Of a stretch of DNA of 64,000 nt, positions 61,483-64,000 are shown one piece after another. The notes under the pieces are model-generated. The model had not been told where the DNA came from. It was given only the letters and a program-made list of their open reading frames with translations, and searched no databases. A program made the translations under genes and the position numbers. The DNA lies in the NCBI GenBank assembly GCA_944383895.1, contig CALWRH010000006.1:2158-66157 (forward strand). Direction: 5' to 3'. Each line of letters opens with the position of its first letter. The stretch's first letter is position 1. This DNA is from an uncultured Christensenellaceae bacterium. Its GTDB lineage: Bacteria; Bacillota; Clostridia; Christensenellales; UBA3700.

Positions 61483-64000
61483 TTAGCTGCGAGTCCATTT
61501 ATAACCACAGTAAGTATTTGCCAAATATGTCGCCGCCGTAGAGGGATCTTTAAGATCTGACGACGAAATGCTTGTACCGCTTGCAGATGACGAATAATAA
61601 TACCTCCATCCTTGCGTATTTTCAAAAGTTACACTTTTAAGCGAACTGCATCCGCTGAACGCAGAAGAGCCTATACTCTTTACGCTGTCCGGTATCGTTA
61701 TACTTGTAAGTGAACTGCATCCGCTGAACGCAGAAGAGCCTATATTTGCCCCACTGTTTATTATTACCGTTTGCAAAGTACTCTTTGGGATTACAGATAT
61801 TGCATTTGTAGGAATATTTGCGGTAATAATACTGCAACCGCTGAACGCAGAAGAGCTTATGCTTGTTACGCTGTCCGGTATCGTTATGCTTGTAAGCGAA
61901 CTGCAATCACCGAACGCATAAGAGCCTATGCTCGTTACGCTGTCAGGTATCGTTATGCTTGTAAGCGAACTGCATCCGTAGAACGCAAAAGAGCCTATGC
62001 TTGTTACGCTGTCCGGTATCGTTATGCTTGTAAGCGAACTGCAATCCCAGAACGTATAATCGCCTATGGTTGTCACGCTGTCCGGTATTGTTATGCTTGT
62101 AAGCGAACTGCAATTTTCGAACGCATAAGAGCCTATTCTTGTTACGCTGCCCGGTATCGTTATGCTTGTAAGCGAACGGCAATTATAGAACGCATAAGAG
62201 CCTATACTCTTTACGCTGTCACCTATGGTTATGCTTGAAAGCTTACTGCAATTATAGAACGCAGAAGAGCCTATACTCTTTACGCTGTCCGGTATCGTTA
62301 TGCTTGAAAGCTTACTGCAATTATAGAACGCAGAAGAGCCTATACTTGTTACGCTGTTAGGTATAGTTATGCTTATGAGCGAACTGCAATTATAGAACGC
62401 ATAAGAGTCTATGCTTGTCACATTGTCAGGTATTGTTATGCTTGTAAGCGAACGGCATCCCCTGAACGCATACTCACCTATGCTTGTCACGCTGTCAGGT
62501 ATTGTTATACTTGTAAGCGAACTGCAATCTTCGAACGCCCGGTCGCCTATGCTCTCAAGTTTACTGTTTTCGCCGAACGTAACGCTTGTAAGCGAACTGC
62601 ATTCGCTGAACGCAGAATCGCCTATGCTCGTTACGCTGTCCGGTATAGTTATGCTTGTAAGCGAACCGCAATTATAGAACGCAGAAGAGCCTATGCTTGT
62701 CACATTGTCGGGTATAGTTATATTTGTAAGCATATTACAATTATAAAAAGCTCCGTATAATATGTTCCCTCCCATTACAGTTACGCTTCTGAGAGTTGAA
62801 GGAATATAATATGTTGATGAAGTCGTAGAACTCGTACTCGAACCGTAATAAGATTGCGTTACTTTTGTTCCTCCCGTATACGAAGAAGTTCCGAAAATAT
62901 ATCCGAGCGGATACTGATATGTATCGCTTGACGTTACTCCTGCCTTGGCTCCAATAAACGGCAACGTTATACTCTCCAAAGAACTGCATCCGCTGAATGC
63001 AGAAGAGCCTATGCTTGTTACGCTGTCCGGTATTGTTATGCTTGTAAGCGAACTGCATCCTCTGAACGCATACTCGCCTATGCTCTCAAGTTTACTGTTT
63101 TCGCCGAACGTAACGCTTGTAAGCGAACTGCATTCGCTGAACGCATACTCGCCTATACTCGTTACGCTGTCACCTATGGTTATGCTTGAAAGCTTACTGC
63201 AATTATAGAACGCCTCCGAGCCTATACTCTTTACGCTGTCGGGTATAGTTATATTTGTAAGCATACTGCAATTATAGAAAGCTCCGTATAATATGTTCCC
63301 TCCCGTTACAGTTACGCTTCTGAGAGTTGAAGGAATATAGTAATAACTGGAAGTCGTATAACTTGTACTCGAACCGTAATAATATTGCTCTACTCTTGTT
63401 CCTCCCGTATATGAAGTAGTGCCGAAAATATATCCGAGCGGATACTGATATGTACCGCTTGACGTCACTCCTGCCTTTGCTCCGATAAACGGCAAGGTCA
63501 TGCTTTCCAAAGAACTGCATCCGCTAAAAGCTGACGAGCCTATGCTCGTTACGCTTTCCGGTATCGTTATACTCGTAAGCGAACTGCAATTAGAGAACGC
63601 ATACTCACCTATGCTTGTCACATTGTCGGGTATCGTTATACTCGTAAGCGAACTGCAATTATAGAACGCAGAAGAGCCTATACTCTTTACGCTGTCACCT
63701 ATGGTTATGCTTGTGAGCGAACTGCAATTATAGAACGCAGAAGAGCCTATACTCGTTACGCTGTCACCTATGGTTATGCTTGAAAGCTTACTGCAATTAT
63801 AAAAAGCTCCGTATAATATGTTCCCTCCCGTTACCGTTACGCTTCTGAGAGTTGAAGGAATATAATATGTTGATGACGTCTTAGAGCTCGTACTCGAACC
63901 GTAATAAGATTGCGTTACTTCTGTTCCTCCGGTATACGAAGAAGTTCCGAAAATATATCCGAGCGGATACTGATATGCATCGTTTGACGTCACTCCTGCC
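61483..64000 (-). CDS. BspA-type leucine-rich-repeat surface protein (C-terminal part; N-terminus beyond window end)
   Basis: The track ORF begins at a GTG at 63993, but the frame stays open to 64000, and the upstream residues (..AGV) continue the repeat GAKAGVTSS.TYQYPLGY. There are more than 25 units of SLTSITIPDSVTSIGSSAFYNCS. The C-terminal SVTFENTQGWRYYY... tail is typical of these proteins. Confidence 0.85.
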   Translation of the reverse strand, partial: AGVTSNDAYQYPLGYIFGTSSYTGGTEVTQSYYGSSTSSKTSSTYYIPSTLRSVTVTGGNILYGAFYNCSKLSSITIGDSVTSIGSSAFYNCSSLTSITIGDSVKSIGSSAFYNCSSLTSITIPDNVTSIGEYAFSNCSSLTSITIPESVTSIGSSAFSGCSSLESMTLPFIGAKAGVTSSGTYQYPLGYIFGTTSYTGGTRVEQYYYGSSTSYTTSSYYYIPSTLRSVTVTGGNILYGAFYNCSMLTNITIPDSVKSIGSEAFYNCSKLSSITIGDSVTSIGEYAFSECSSLTSVTFGENSKLESIGEYAFRGCSSLTSITIPDSVTSIGSSAFSGCSSLESITLPFIGAKAGVTSSDTYQYPLGYIFGTSSYTGGTKVTQSYYGSSTSSTTSSTYYIPSTLRSVTVMGGNILYGAFYNCNMLTNITIPDNVTSIGSSAFYNCGSLTSITIPDSVTSIGDSAFSECSSLTSVTFGENSKLESIGDRAFEDCSSLTSITIPDSVTSIGEYAFRGCRSLTSITIPDNVTSIDSYAFYNCSSLISITIPNSVTSIGSSAFYNCSKLSSITIPDSVKSIGSSAFYNCSKLSSITIGDSVKSIGSYAFYNCRSLTSITIPGSVTRIGSYAFENCSSLTSITIPDSVTTIGDYTFWDCSSLTSITIPDSVTSIGSFAFYGCSSLTSITIPDSVTSIGSYAFGDCSSLTSITIPDSVTSISSSAFSGCSIITANIPTNAISVIPKSTLQTVIINSGANIGSSAFSGCSSLTSITIPDSVKSIGSSAFSGCSSLKSVTFENTQGWRYYYSSSASGTSISSSDLKDPSTAATYLANTYCGYKWTRS
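61640..64000 (-). repeat. Nested coding repeats: 69-nt (23-aa) LRR units inside a 525-531-nt super-repeat (3 copies)
   Basis: YQYPLGYIFG...YYIPSTLRSVTV.GGNILYGAFYNC recurs at aa 7, 182 and 359 of the visible ORF (nt about 63975, 63450 and 62919). Long identical nucleotide runs are shared, e.g. ccgaaaatatatccgagcggatactgatatg. Confidence 0.9.

Noticed and set aside
61640-64000. Regular ~69-nt periodic repeats that could be mistaken for a CRISPR-like array
   Set aside because: The repeats are in frame within a long ORF and encode LRR units. There is no repeat-spacer structure and there are no cas genes.

Overview
Everything here is read by eye from the sequence and the ORF track. Family names come from motifs I recognise, not from database searches. 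The window is chromosomal, with moderate GC. Its gene content looks like a spore-forming Clostridia-type Firmicute (inference): spoVT, a YabM/SpoVB-like flippase, yabN and dus in a block; rpsF-ssb-rpsR; leuS-serS; gpmI; upp; and metF with a split B12-dependent metH.

The left third (1..19.2 kb, all minus strand) is an accessory cell-surface locus and the most unusual part of the window. A degenerate EAL-domain gene heads it. After that come six or seven secreted proteins that share a TasA-class (SipW-cleaved) N-terminal motif, ending in a giant GLUG-module adhesin of more than 2700 aa. Two SipW-type signal peptidase paralogues with long cytoplasmic tails sit inside the locus. Interleaved with them are a membrane-anchored McrB-family AAA+ NTPase and an McrC-N/DUF2357-like coiled-coil partner with no recognisable nuclease. 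I do not know of a described SipW/TasA locus with such a module.

Other notable content:
- Two tandem paralogous lipoproteins with Cys-rich HVDxxGDGxCDxCG repeats and mosaic nucleotide identity.
- A cobalamin riboswitch in front of a putative corrinoid-capture lipoprotein and a membrane protein.
- An orphan phage baseplate-like gene.
- An ECF sigma/anti-sigma pair, plus a lipoprotein paralogue of the anti-sigma ectodomain that shares an upstream motif with the sigma gene.
- Three BspA-type LRR surface proteins, one with nested repeats.

I saw no rRNA, tRNA, CRISPR array, transposase or integrase. Many long ORFs in the track are codon-aligned antisense shadows of real genes. The real genes avoid TTA, CTA and TCA codons over long stretches, which leaves the opposite strand open.
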